Shown: positions 1-11,500 of the stretch, one piece after another | Layout: each line of letters opens with the position of its first letter | Numbering within the stretch: position 1 is the first letter of the stretch | Source: Spirogloea muscicola | Lineage: Eukaryota | NCBI GenBank assembly: GCA_009602725.1 | Contig: WELB01000001.1 | Location: 2,119,185-2,171,405, forward strand | Length of the DNA stretch: 52,221 nt | Direction of reading: 5' to 3' | The notes under the pieces: model-generated | Databases searched by the model: none | What the model was told of the DNA's origin: nothing | Seen by the model: the letters and a program-made list of their open reading frames with translations, nothing else | Made by a program: the position numbers and the translations under genes

Positions 1-923
1 CGGCGCTCGCCGAGGTGACCGCTGGCAGGGCCCCGTGGCTGCGATGGCGACGTGCGGCCGGCCCGGCCAGGCGCCGCCGGCCACGGGGCGCCGCTGCCCA
101 GCCATGGTGCGCTCTAGCTCGCGAGCTCCATGATAACGCCATCGGCACACCACAGAAGTGGATGTCTTTTGAATTCGCAGCTAGGCCGCCCGCCAGCCAT
201 GGCGGGCTGGGGGCGCACCGCTGCCTGGGGCCAGCCGTCAGGCGCCCCGCCGGCCCGGTGCGGCTGTTGCAGCCGGCCCGGGCGACACCGCCGGCCGGTG
301 AAAGGCGCCTGCCATGGCGGCCGGCCCTCCGCCACGGCTGTTGGTGGTGGCCGCGACTGTTACCGAATGAGCGCGTGCAAGCAGTAGAGAGGCACGTCCT
401 GCCATGCTAGCAGGTCCCCTTGCTGTACATCTGAGCTGGACGAGCTGTTGAAATGCGGTGGACGTATCTCCACGCTTGGGCTTGCAGTGGCGCCCACTGC
501 GGATCAGATTTCGAGCGTATCTCCATGGTGACTTTTCGGTGACTGAGCATGCTGTAAACAGTCGTTACATCGCATGGTGTTCTCGCCTCGCGCGCGGTGA
601 CTGGCTCAAAGTCGTTTGCATTTAGCCATAAATAGGATGCAAAGTGCAAAGAGCAAGCAAGCAGTGACGGAGCACTGTGAGCACGCCCTACCTGTGCGCC
701 ACCGCAGATTGTATAGCACAGACTGCAAGCGTCTTGGTTTGTGACCTCTGATGTAGGTCGTTCGTAGTTGGGAGTTACTCTAGGAATACTGGAGCATAAC
801 CACCCCTGATATTACCATGCCATGTAGCACTCGAGCAATGACCGTATGGAAAAGCAGCCCTCAGAAAAGGCTCGACATATTGCGGGCCGGGATATCGATT
901 TTGTCACTGATAAGTATTACGGA

Positions 924-990
924 AGTCAAGCTCAAGCCTGAGCCCAAGCTTAAGCTTGAGCTCAGGCTTACGCTCAAGCTCAAGCTCAAT
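924..990. repeat. Degenerate hexamer tandem repeat (AAGCTC/GAGCTT-like, about 11 units)
   Basis: Seen: aagtcaagctcaagcctgagcccaagcttaagcttgagctcaggcttacgctcaagctcaagctcaat. Confidence 0.7.
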
Positions 991-2336
991 CAATGTCTCC
1001 AATGCTTCGTGGACGCTTTGAGACAAGCGCCACATTCGAGTGCCATTATGCTTGAAAGTCTGGGCAAGCAGCAGCACTCTGCACCTGTCACCATTGTCTT
1101 TCTATCAGCGTACTCTGAGATGCAAGCTGCGTGCTCCTGCCTGCTGCAACAGATGTGGCGCTTTCGGACTGGTGAAGCATTACTTCGGCCGAGGCTAGCA
1201 CTGCACAGAGCAACCTTCACAAGATGAGGCTGACCCTGGTGACAGCTGATCCTGGGGACTTAGACGTGTGCATGTCTCGGCTGCTGCAGAAGAGACTGGT
1301 GCAGCATGATAGCATTCGAGACTGATCGCTTGATGTCTTTCCAAAAGTGTTTACTCATCGACATGCACTTTCTATATCAAGGAAAGCATGAGAGACTTAC
1401 ATCAAAGTTCTCAAAGCAGACTTGGGACAGCAAGCTCCAGCAAAATCTCATTGTGAATAAGTAGCTATAGGGCCACCAATGCATTTGTGATAGATTGCAC
1501 TGGTTCGACCACTTAACAACCTTGGCTTTTGCACAAGGCTGCTCATGTCATGCCCCTGTTGATCAGCGCAATGAGGAAAAATGCAGTGCAACCAATAGCA
1601 AGAGATATGTGTCACTCTGACAACTTGAGAGAGGATATAGGTGCAACCAAAAGTTACCCATCAAGAAGCTGGAAGCAATGGGAGTGTAGGTCCTTGAAGG
1701 GTCCTGTTCAAGATTGTGGTTGCATATCTAGGATGACTCTCTCTCCACCAGCACGTTCAAGAGGGAGAAGAAGTATAGCATCAATTCTCCTTTGACCAAT
1801 TAGACTTTTCAGAGGCCATTGTCATTCTGCAGCAACTTCAGTCCATTGCCATTGCAACCCGATGGCTTGGCTGCTGACCAATCAAAATTACACCGACAAT
1901 CCGGCCAGCTTGATAGGTTGAGGTGCTTCACTTGAGCAGTTAGAGGTGGCACCTAATCACGACACTCTTTGCAGCTGGTGCGGATTGCCCCCTCTGGCAA
2001 GTGTTGAGATCATGTGGTCTAATACAGCTGATCCTGGCAACAAGACATCTAGCCTCACATTGACAATGCACTAGGTGCAACTCTCAGTCCACAGAGTGTA
2101 TCACAGGCTGTGATGCCACCATTGCAGCAAAGCAAATGCTCTACTTTCAGAGGGGCTGATTGGCACTCTTAAGTCTCTGGGTGATCAATCAAGCGTGTGA
2201 GAGGCTCAAGTGGGCATCAATACTGGAGACCCTACAAGGAGACCCTTTAATATAGGACTAGATGTAAATATGAATAAATGAATTAGCTGATCTTTCTAAG
2301 AATGCCCGGTGTTCAAAGCAGTGTGGGTAAAGAAGC

Positions 2337-4117
2337 TCAACCTCTAGAGAGGGGCACAGCTTTCTTCAAAGCAGCCAGCATACTTTGCATCAGTGTGGGC
2401 TCGCCAGGGGGCGCCTGCCCTTTCAAGGGCCCACTCCTAACAGCCCTAAACATGGCCGTCTCATCACCCGAGGCTGGCGTAAGAGTTACGTCAATGTTCA
2501 CAATAGGTTCCACCTCGCCATTCACAACACGAATGTAGCCCAATCTCACTCCATTGTCGAGTTTGTCAACCTGGGCGCACAGAAAGGGGAGTCACATCTT
2601 CATTGTTGCCCCATTGAACGTTGCTGTCTCCTCTGAACACAACTTGACATCTTCATCATCTTCAGGAGCGGACTAAATTGCTCTTCCTCCCACCTCAGTC
2701 GTGCCCGCCCATGGCAGGCAACTTGTCAGAGTGGATAAAGCGCTACACAGCTGTGCTGGTGACAGTATCTTAGATATAGCGATTTGTTCCAGTGTATTAC
2801 CTTGAGGGGTAAAGGTAGAGGCAGATTGGCAGACTGCGTCACACTGTTAGCCCACTGTTTGACAGGATGCATTGCCAAATGCTTAGTCATGGTCGCCATG
2901 AAAAGATATGCGATGACAAAGGCTACAGTCTGCAACTCTCCAGACCTGACTGGTCAGAACAACAAAAATACCATCCACCGTGACCAGGCTGATTTCTCGT
3001 CGAGCATGAGATGAAAGTCTGCAATCTAAGCTAGTACAATGGTTCTGCTCTGAGGCACGTGTTTGTGCTGCAGATTGATCAAAGGCAGGTAAAGCAGATG
3101 GAGTAGCATGGCCAAGCTGGCCAGAGCTGACGGGAGCGTAGACGCCGGCACCATTGTACGTCATCCTGCGCAAGTAAGGATGACCTAGTACAGATAGTTA
3201 TACGCGGCAGTCTGTGACGAACCTGGAACAGGTATCCATCCAGCTTCTTCAAGTCGATGTCTGCAGGAAGCTGAGCAGTGCCAAGAGAGATGGCAGGTGT
3301 GTTGTCTCCGCTGGCCAGCTTCTCACTCGAAGTGGCCTGTAATCTGAACAGCCATGCAGCTGCCCTGCCCTGGTTGGCACGTGACAACGAAGTGGCGCTG
3401 CACCCTACCTTGCCAACCGGCGCATGTATCTGCCAAACGCACTTGGGTGTCAGTGATGGTGACGGGCAGTGCACCCCAACCTTGTCCACAGCTACCCACA
3501 GTCTAGATTCTACACCCTGAGTGGCTCACGTCAGACTTTCGTAGCCAGCAACGTCATGGCCAGCTCTTGGCGTCTGCTAGGACATCTGTGCGGATTTGCC
3601 TGGTGAGCTTCGCCGCCCACAGGCGCAAGCCCTCCATCCTAAATGCCTAAGCCCCTAAACCCCGAGCCCTTAAACCCTGGACACCGGGGGGCAGGTGATG
3701 TCAGGCTGTCGCAGGCATGGCGTGGCGGCGACCGTGCCTCGCCCAGGCCATGCGAGAGGCTGCAAGCGAGCTCCGCTCGACGGCACACACCCCAAAAGTC
3801 CTCACGCTAGCGCCGACGGCGCGCAAGCATGCCCCCAGTCACGTACGGTCAGTGTTGGGTGGCTCCTCGGCGGCCCCTGGGCCACTACTTCGAACCACCG
3901 TCGGGCTCTCTGTGGCGGAGGGCTGGGAATCAGGGTTTAGGTTGGCTTAGGGTTTAGGTCTAGGGTTTGGGTTCTCTGGCGTCATCCGGAGACGGGCTCG
4001 GCGCTGCGGTGGCTCTGGCCGTCACACCTGGGAGAGCCCGGGCTGCGCAAGGCCGGCGGCGGCGCGGGCGTGGACGGTAATGGGCGCCCGGCCCAGCGCG
4101 GCGCCCGGGAGCTCCNT
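2337..4117 (-). CDS. Conserved green-lineage protein of unknown function, probably plastid-targeted (spliced)
   Basis: GT-AG exons 3336-3223 (ATSSEK...AISLGTAQLPADIDLKKLDGYLFQ), 2854-2801 (WANSVTQSANLPLPLPLK) and 2570-2337 (VDKLDNGVRLGYI...GPLKGQAPPGEPTLMQSMLAALKK) join in frame and resemble a recalled uncharacterised plant protein (FQWANSL..GANLPLP.PLKVD...PPGEP.IM). Putative first exon 4117-4028 starts at A-N-G (ambiguous base 4116). The exons in between are uncertain. Confidence 0.75.
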
Positions 4118-4157
4118 GACGTCGGCGGCGGCGGTTAGGGCAAAAGAGGCGGCAGCA

Positions 4158-4190
<33 letters not shown>

Positions 4191-4349
4191 TGTGCCACGT
4201 GGCAGCGCAGGAGCTGGTCTACCAGGCGGCTTGTGCGCCGGAGTCGCACGCCGCCACGTGGCTGCTGCAGCGGGCTGGTTGGAGGCATGCGGAGCCGTCC
4301 GATGCGAGACCGTCTGACGGGTGCGCAGGGCCCAGGGGCTGGGCGGGCC

Positions 4350-5130
4350 CTTTCGACAGGAGGTTACTGACTAGGTGTTAACGTAGCTGCTGGTTTGCCG
4401 GTGTGCTTTAGCTGCTCTTAGCGCAGGGGTTACTGATGAGAGTTTCCCGTTGCGTCGTCTTGAATGACACAGCTAGACACTTCTTCTCTCTCGCCCCTTC
4501 GGACCGTGTTCATTACTTTCTGGGCTGGCCTCTCACAGCCCTTGCGCGGCGTGCAGCGGCCCGCCGCCTCGGGCAGCAGGGCGAGCAGACCGGCTTCAAT
4601 GTCGCCGGGTCCCCCGCTCAGGTCTTCCGATGCGTTTGGCCATCTCAATGCAGCGGTCCCTTGCCTTCGCGGTTCACTTGCGCGCAGGCCGAGCTTTGGC
4701 GGCGGCCTCCGGCTTCCGTCAGGGCGACGTCTTTCCGCCGGCTAGCTACTCAGACCTGCATCTCCTGACTAGAGGTTACTGAAAGAGCGTTCCCTGGCTG
4801 GTGTCTTAGTCCTAGTCCTTTCGCACTCCGGCTCCTTCAGCCCTTGTCCATTCCTTTGGGCTGGCCTTTCCCAGCCACCAGTCAATCTGGCCGCGCTTTC
4901 TTCCTTGCCCCCATTTGGAAGAGCCACTTCTCTCACAGCCCATCCCTTTGGGCTGGCCTCTCCTAGCCACCAGTCAATGTGGCCGCGCTTGCCTCTCACA
5001 GCCACCCCCCTCCTCCTAGGAGTGTCCTTTCTTCTTCGCGCTTCCCCTGGCCCCTTCTAAACTTGTTTAGTCTTTTGGGGCTGGCCTTCCCCAGCCCTTA
5101 TTCTCTGTGGGCGAGCTCTTTCTTCTTTCT
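4350..5130 (+). mobile_element. Cluster of 5'-truncated CRE-like non-LTR retrotransposon 3' ends (family A copy 4541-4900 plus several solo tails)
   Basis: Near-identical to 13385-13860 and 49250-49862. Encodes degenerate LARRAAARRLGQQG...QRSLAFAVHLRAGRAL...SYSDLHLLTRGY* (TGA 4780-4782), followed by repeated tttgggctggc...cagcc tails. Confidence 0.8.
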
Positions 5131-5159
5131 GGCCCGCCCCCAATAGCTTCTCTTGCATG

Positions 5160-6600
5160 GGCTTCCGCCTGAACGGCGTATTGGCTTTGTGTAAGGGCTG
5201 AAAATGCTGAAGAAGGGAGCTCCCCTGGGCCAGTTCCATGTCCACAGCCTTGGCGTACTTTAGGTACAGCTGTACAAGACGTACAAGACCCCAACAGAAG
5301 CCTGAAAGACCCTCTCTCAGTCGCACGGAGCACAATTGCAGTAAAACGTTCTGTCCCAAGCCACGATGACAGTGTTCCCCATGACCACCTTCACAATCAT
5401 GCAGGACAGTGTGTGAAGGGACTCATGCGACACTGAAGGTTGTATCAACAGGAGAGGCCACTATTGAAGTTCATGAGACTTGAGGTTGCTGTTGTCCCAA
5501 GCCAAACTGCTAACACCACTTGCTGCTGCTCCATTAAAATTGCCATGAATCTTTACTTTTTCAAGTTTGACTGCTCTTGGCTGTCAGTACCGAACCGTGC
5601 TTGGTTGTCTTCAATGCTTATGGCTGCGTACTTCTGCTGCCAAGAAGACTCGCTGTCTTCTGTCAACAGATTGATGGCTATGCACGGCAAGTGCTCAACT
5701 TTGTTCTGAATGTTCTGGTATACAGCAACAGTTGGCAACTGTCTCTCTACATCATTGCTGGACGCCACATGCATTGGGACTACTGGGCAGTATTAGGCAG
5801 TTTAGCCCTTGAAGGAAGATCCACAAGTGCATAAGAAAGATCACAGAGCATTTTATGGTCCCGCTTATCCTCAACAGATAGTAAGCGGTCGAGGATGTGA
5901 TACTGAGGTGGTGTATCTGACGAGCAGCAGACATCCTTCTTGGCTAGCATTATCCCATCGCAGAAACTGCTTGTGATGTTTAGGTGATGCAGATTTGCTG
6001 GTGTTGGTGGGGCTGGCAATGTAATGAATGCAGAAGCTACCTTGTGATAGCAAGATTCTTGTTGTACGTCATTCAGATCGAATGGTGAGCTAAGTAAGAA
6101 CGTGTCTGACAATCTCAGCAAAGCTACGCTAATGGCGACTTACGACATGAAGAAGCATCTGAAGCAATTTGGTACCCCTGCCAGCACATTACTGGCTCTG
6201 GCATACTTCTGCCAATAAACCACCTGGGTCTTTCCCTCCGGGTCAAGTCCCCTGTCCTACAGCTTCTCGTCCAGCCCCCTTCTCAAGTCCCATTCTCCCT
6301 CTCCCTGATAGTGCGATTATTATCCTCTGGAGAAGTGTGTCGACGTGCACGTGTCTGCACGTTTGAGGTCAAGCCACTGCCGCACAGCCGAGAAGATGCG
6401 ATTTGAAGCCCTGCATAAGCTGCACGAGACTTGAAATGGGGGGGACTTCGTAAATGCGTAACACCACAATATGGGCCAGTCAGGATTCCTCTACCCGATC
6501 GCCCTTTGACCCTGCGCCTGGTACATGCATGGGGGCAGGCCGAGGGTTGCGCTCTTCCAATCTCCAGCAGTCTCATAGCAGCAGCAGCAGGCGTGTTCTA
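5160..6600 (+). pseudogene. Degenerate coding-like relic of unknown family, partly duplicated at 10960-11438
   Basis: 6083-6530 aligns with 10964-11420. The peptides GELSKNVSDNLSKATLMATYDMKKHL and GELKVDLSFNTSNSTMTATCDIKKHL, and an exon beginning VKPLP, are kept in both copies. Many stops and frameshifts. Confidence 0.35.
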
Positions 6601-6670
6601 AAGCAATCCAGCTCTGTAAGCCCGACAAACAATGAGGTGCACATCATGCAATGGATGATTGGCGCAATGA

Positions 6671-8065
6671 TCAAAATCGCGACTCAGGGTTCTTCCTCTG
6701 CATGCCACACATGTTGCGCCAGCACTGAATGGAGGCAACGTAGTGGTCTGACGGATTGACGTTGTATGGGTGCACGCCCCACTCCTTGCGGTGCGCTGGG
6801 CCAGCTATAAAGTCCTCGTTGAGCACGTCAACGAATGACTTAATCAGCGAAACTGTCGTCCCGTTCTTGCCAGGAGGGCCGCCACCACAGCACTTGCCGT
6901 AGCATCCCCATGTGCACGGCTTGCCGTAATACGATGTCTCCAGGTCCTCAATGAAATACCAGCCGCCGGGGCGCACGAGCGGCATGAGCTCTGAGAAACT
7001 CGTAATCTGCTGTTGCATCGTGTGGCCGCCGTCATCAATGATGAAGTCAAGCTCCCCGACCTCCCCTCTAATTTGAGCGACCACGTAGGTCAGGACGGAC
7101 CTGTCGCCCTGGAGAGCTCCCCGGCAACAGCAGCAAGTAGCGTCAGGGCCCAAGCCAGCATTAGCGCCAGCTCCAGCGCCAGCGACAACGCCAGCAGCGG
7201 CGCCAATACCAGAACCAGCAAGCAGCGTCAGCCCCGTTTCTGCCTGCACAAGCTCCAGACACAGCAGACATTGCGCGCCCTGCCGCAAGGCAAGGCCCCC
7301 ACCTGGTCGCCAAGGAAGATGTGCACGCGGTGATCGCTGTCATTCACGAATTGATTCCAGATCTTCCCGTGGTCGAGCCCGTAAATGCGAGCTTGCGGGA
7401 AGAACTCCTGCAGCGACACAGGCGCCATGAGTGAGCCGCTACTTGTGAGCCGACCATTCTGATCGAGGAGAAGCAGCTACAGCAAGCTCATACCTATGGA
7501 ATGGTGCGCTCTCCCTGCCTCCCTACCTTCCATGTTGTGGCTCTTACAGATTCTGGCATGCAGGTAAAGGCCTTCTTCTGGAGAGGCCTGTTTCTACCTT
7601 CTTCTGCAATTCCCTCTCCGATCTCGAAGCGAGCCACATGTTCGAGTGCAGGCCCACCTTCCAGACACTGAGGGAGGCGCCCTGGCGCAGGCCGATCTCC
7701 AGGAAGGCGACGCGGCGGCGCTGCGCCACGAGGGCGTCGAAGTAGGGCCCGTACATGTGGCCGTAGCCGTGGTCACGCTTGTCCGTGCTCGACCGCGCAA
7801 GCACGTCCTCGAACGCCGGAAAGTCGTGCCCGGCAGCCGGCGCGCACTCGAGGCCGGCCAGAACCAGGTGCGTGAGCACAATGTAAGGCGCCGCCACGAG
7901 GAGGGCGAGGGCGGCGTAGGCAGCGAGTGGCAGGGCGCGTCCGCCGCCGCCGCCGCCGCCAGTCAGCGGCACCTTCGTTGTCGCCACTGATGCCGCCGGC
8001 GCCGCCGTTCGCCGGTTGCCGCCCGCACATGAGCCATCGGCTGGCGGTTCCTGCCGCCGCTCCAT
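6671..8065 (-). CDS. Membrane-anchored class I SAM-dependent O-methyltransferase (MycE/ElmMI-like), copy 1
   Basis: Exons 8065-7658, 7407-7303 and 7108-6671 (GT-AG, in frame, about 316 aa). Motifs STDK..HGYGHMY, FLEIGLRQGASL, IYGLD, FLGDQ, LDFIIDDGGH, LVRPGGWYFIEDLETSY. Single N-terminal hydrophobic helix. Confidence 0.85.
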
Positions 8066-8774
8066 GGCCGCCTTTACGCGCGGCGGGTCGCGCGGGGGGG
8101 CGAGGGCGGAGAGCTGGCCGGGAGGGTTGGGGGGCGAGGCGGCCACTGGTGTTCAAGGGCTGGGAGGCTGGGGAAACGAGAGCGAAGGTGCGCGCGGGGC
8201 GTTTGAAATCATAGGGTGGCCAAATTCGAGCCAATACCTTGTCCAGGCAAATGCTAGTGCAGAAAGTGGGGGCTACGAGACACGAAGCCCGTGCCCTAAG
8301 GCCACCAGTCAATCTGGCCGCGCTTCTTCCAAGGTGGCCTTGTCCACTCTCTCTCGCTTTCGGCTGGCCTTTCTTTCCCAGCGGCGGCTTGGGCTGCCGG
8401 CCCCCTTGCCCGCCTTACGAGATTCCGTACTTTATTCATGTCGGGATGTCGGGCTGGCTTATCGCAGGCCTTGGCCCCATTGGGAGAGCCGATTCACTTT
8501 CACATGCCACCGCCACCTGGAAGCGCCCTTTCTCCGTCCTTTCTCCGTACTGCGGTCCTTCCCCCGTCCTGTCGGGCGGAACAGGACGACGCGCGACATC
8601 TGAATAAGCGCAAACGCAGATAAGTGCGCGCGCGACGCTGATGAGGGAGCGATCTGGAATCCTGGCGCGCGACGGCGACAAAAGGCACAACTCGGAGTAG
8701 TTCTACTATTGTTAGACCTCTATTAATATCAGACCAGTTAGTGGTAATCCATCGGTGGTAGGCCGTGGGGGTTC

Positions 8775-9395
8775 CTCTCTGGCTCTGTCCAGGGGACCCA
8801 CTTCCAGGACCCTAGCCTCTCTGATTTGCGGCTGCTTAGCAGGGGTTACTGAGTAATTTGTAGCTGCTTTCTTTCTTTGTGTGCTTTGGTTTCTTAGCGC
8901 TTCCTCTGGCTTCCTCTGGCCCCCTTCTCGTTCTTTGTTCATTCTTTTTTGGGCTGGCTTGTCCAGCCCCTATCCTCTTAGCAGGGGTTACTGAGTGTCT
9001 CGTAGCAGCTTTGTTTCTGTTACTTAGCGCTTCCCCTGGCCCCCTTCTCGTACTCTGTTCATTCTTTTTCGGGCTGGTTGTTCCAGCCCCTATTCTCAAT
9101 GGGCGAGCACTTTCTTCCAGGAGCCTAGCATCTCTAATTTGCGGCTACTTAGCAAGGGTTACTGAGTGATTCGTAGCTGCTTTGTTTCTTTGTGTGCCTT
9201 TTTCTTTAGCGCTTCCCCAGGCTCCCTTCTCGTACTCTGCTCAATCTTTTTTGGGCTGGCTTTTCCAGCCCCTATCCTCACCGGGCGAGCACTTTCTTCT
9301 TTTACTTTTCAGCACCTTTGGCTCTTTGGATCTTGTCCAATTTTTTTGGGCTGGCCTTCCCCAGCCCCTACCCTCTGGGGGCGAGCAATTTCTGT
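8775..9395 (+). mobile_element. Head-to-tail stack of four CRE-like 3' ends (three family D plus one other tail)
   Basis: Three units of cttagcag(g/a)ggttactga-3'UTR-gggctgg..ccagcccct.., the longer ones encoding ...SDLRLLS(R/K)GY*, followed by a fourth tail at about 9330-9393. Confidence 0.8.
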
Positions 9396-9613
9396 GAGGG
9401 CTTGTGGCGAAGTGACCGAACGCTCTGTAATCCCATGATGCCGGAGGCAGGGCTTTGTGAAACCTCAATGGGTACTCTAGGGGGAGAAGCGGGCGTTGTT
9501 TGTTCCCTCGACCCTTGTGTTGGAACTCTTCAACCGTTGGCTTGTTGCTATTTTTTTACCCTTTGAGTATTGCGGCTACGACCTCTGCTTTGTGACATAC
9601 CGACGCCTCGTCC

Positions 9614-10490
9614 TTGGGGTTTGACGATCCTCATTCCTTACAGATCCAGTCTGAATGTGGGCTTATTGAGCATGATGCGTTGCTCATGGGTGACCACATG
9701 CTCAGTTGTGCCAAAGGCAGTGAGCGCACGGGCTCCCAGAATCTCCTACCTTACGAGATGCATGGCATCATCAAGAAGGCGGGATATCAAGTGGCGTTAG
9801 AGAGCACCGGGGTGATGCCCGTCCATCTCCGCACCGGGGTCGCTTGGATGAGGCGTGTCGATCTGCTAGGCGTCCCCCTGGGAGGTGGCAAGCGGCTCCT
9901 CATGGACGTCGTCCTCACCAGCAGCTTCCGAAAGAAGGGCACCATAACTTCTGAGACCGGCTATGCTGTGAAGGTGGCCGAGCGAAAGAAGTTGCATAAG
10001 TACAAGGACCACCTGGCTGGCGGTAACTTTTAGACCCTGGCCAGGGACATCCCCCCGGGTGTTACGTGGGTCGGTGGCCTTGTTACTTACGCTGCGGTCC
10101 TCTCAACATGGCCAGCCCCTATTCTCAATGGGCGAGCACTTTCTTCTTTCTCAAGCTGACCAGTGGCGCCACGGACAGGGTGCAGCACTTCCTGGAGGCT
10201 CGGTGCCTTTGAGTCTTGTATCCTGCTACCGGATGCGCTTGTCTATGTCCCTACAGCGGTTCCAGGCGCTTACTTTGCTCCCACGGGCCGGTCGCGCCCT
10301 TGCAGCAGCCTCTGGCTTGCGCAGCGGGGTTGCTCTTCCTCCCCTCAGCTCAGCGAACTTTCTACTGCTGACACGGGGGTACTCAGGGCGCCCTGTCTGC
10401 CTAGCCTGTGGCTCCGTCATTAACACCTGTATGCGTCTGGCTGGCTCACACAGCCGCTCTTCTAATATCCGCAGCCGCATTTATTTCAGC
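9614..10490 (+). mobile_element. Degenerate CRE-like non-LTR retrotransposon fragment (zinc knuckle plus RLE, family E)
   Basis: ORF 9614-10033: GDHMLSCAKGSERTGS...RRVDLL...MDVV...AERKKLHKY. Then YRMRLSMSLQRFQAL...GRALAAASG...FLLLTRGY. In-frame stop at 10033, and a D-type tail is embedded at about 10110-10148. Confidence 0.8.
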
Positions 10491-11500
10491 CGGCAGTAGC
10501 TTCTCTTGCACTCGCTTCTCCTGAAGAGAGAAGGCGCGCGGGGCGCATGAATTGAAAGGAGATCCTTGGCGTGAATTCGGCCACTTTCTCGAAGAAAGGG
10601 AAAAATCCAATAAAGGAAAGAATGCTTCCAGTGGAATAACAGGTTTTCCAAGTTGACAGCGGTGGCTGTGAGAGCCCAGCCCAAAGGAATGGACAAAGGT
10701 AAAGGGCGATGGTTACTAACCAGTTAGCAAAGATCCGCACAAGATTGATATGGACGAGCTTACAAAGATATGGCGAGATATGAATATAGTGATAGAGGGT
10801 TAATGCTAAATGCAGTAAGTGGATGATATCTGTAGCTATTGCTGTTATCGGCCAGCCCAGGCATTGGCCACCATTTTAGCTCGTGCGCACACCGCGCCTT
10901 CTCTTATCTTTGGCCTCGTGGCCTCGCTTCACTGCATGGCACACTAGGTCATTTGTCTTTTGATTGGTGAGCTAAAGGTAGACCTGTCTTTCAATACCAG
11001 CAATTCTACGATGACAGCAACTTGCGACATTAAGAAGCATCTGACGCTGTGGGGTGCTCCTGCCAACACATCAACTCTGGCATACTTCTGCCAATACACC
11101 ACCTGCGTTTTCTACTCCGTGTCAAGTCCCCTGCCCTTCTCCCGCTTCTCTTCCAGCCCCTTTGTCACTCTCCAGTTTCCCTCTCCCTGATCATGCACTT
11201 CTTGTCCTTTGCAGAAGTGTGTCTGCATGCACGTGTCTGCACGTTCCAGGTCAAGCCACTGCCGCCCAGCCTAGAAGATGCAGTTGAAGCCCTGCATAAG
11301 GTGCATAAGACTTCAAGTGGGAAAAGAATCAATAAATGTGTGACCACGAGATTGGAGCCAGTCGGGATGCCTCTACCTGCTCGCCATTTGACCCTGCACC
11401 TGTACATGTTTGGGGGCGGGCTGAGGTCTGAGCTTTAGCCCGACGAATAGTGAAGTGGATGTCATGCACTGTCAAGTGCACTGGATGAATGACGCATTGA

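Noticed and set aside
1..2300. ORFs at the window start (15-410, 407-649, 817-1227)
   Set aside because: No recognisable domain or consistent exon chain.
4425..4470. Hammerhead ribozyme at CTGATGA (also about 8637)
   Set aside because: No GAAA core or closing stems. The first instance is the GGTTACTGA stop of a CRE fragment.
9050..9120. CRE tail as an HDV-like ribozyme or bacterial terminator
   Set aside because: I could not build the nested double pseudoknot. The U-run lies 5' of the hairpin and the context is eukaryotic.
8775..9395. CRISPR-like array
   Set aside because: Units are long, unequal and homologous throughout, with no unique spacers and no cas genes.
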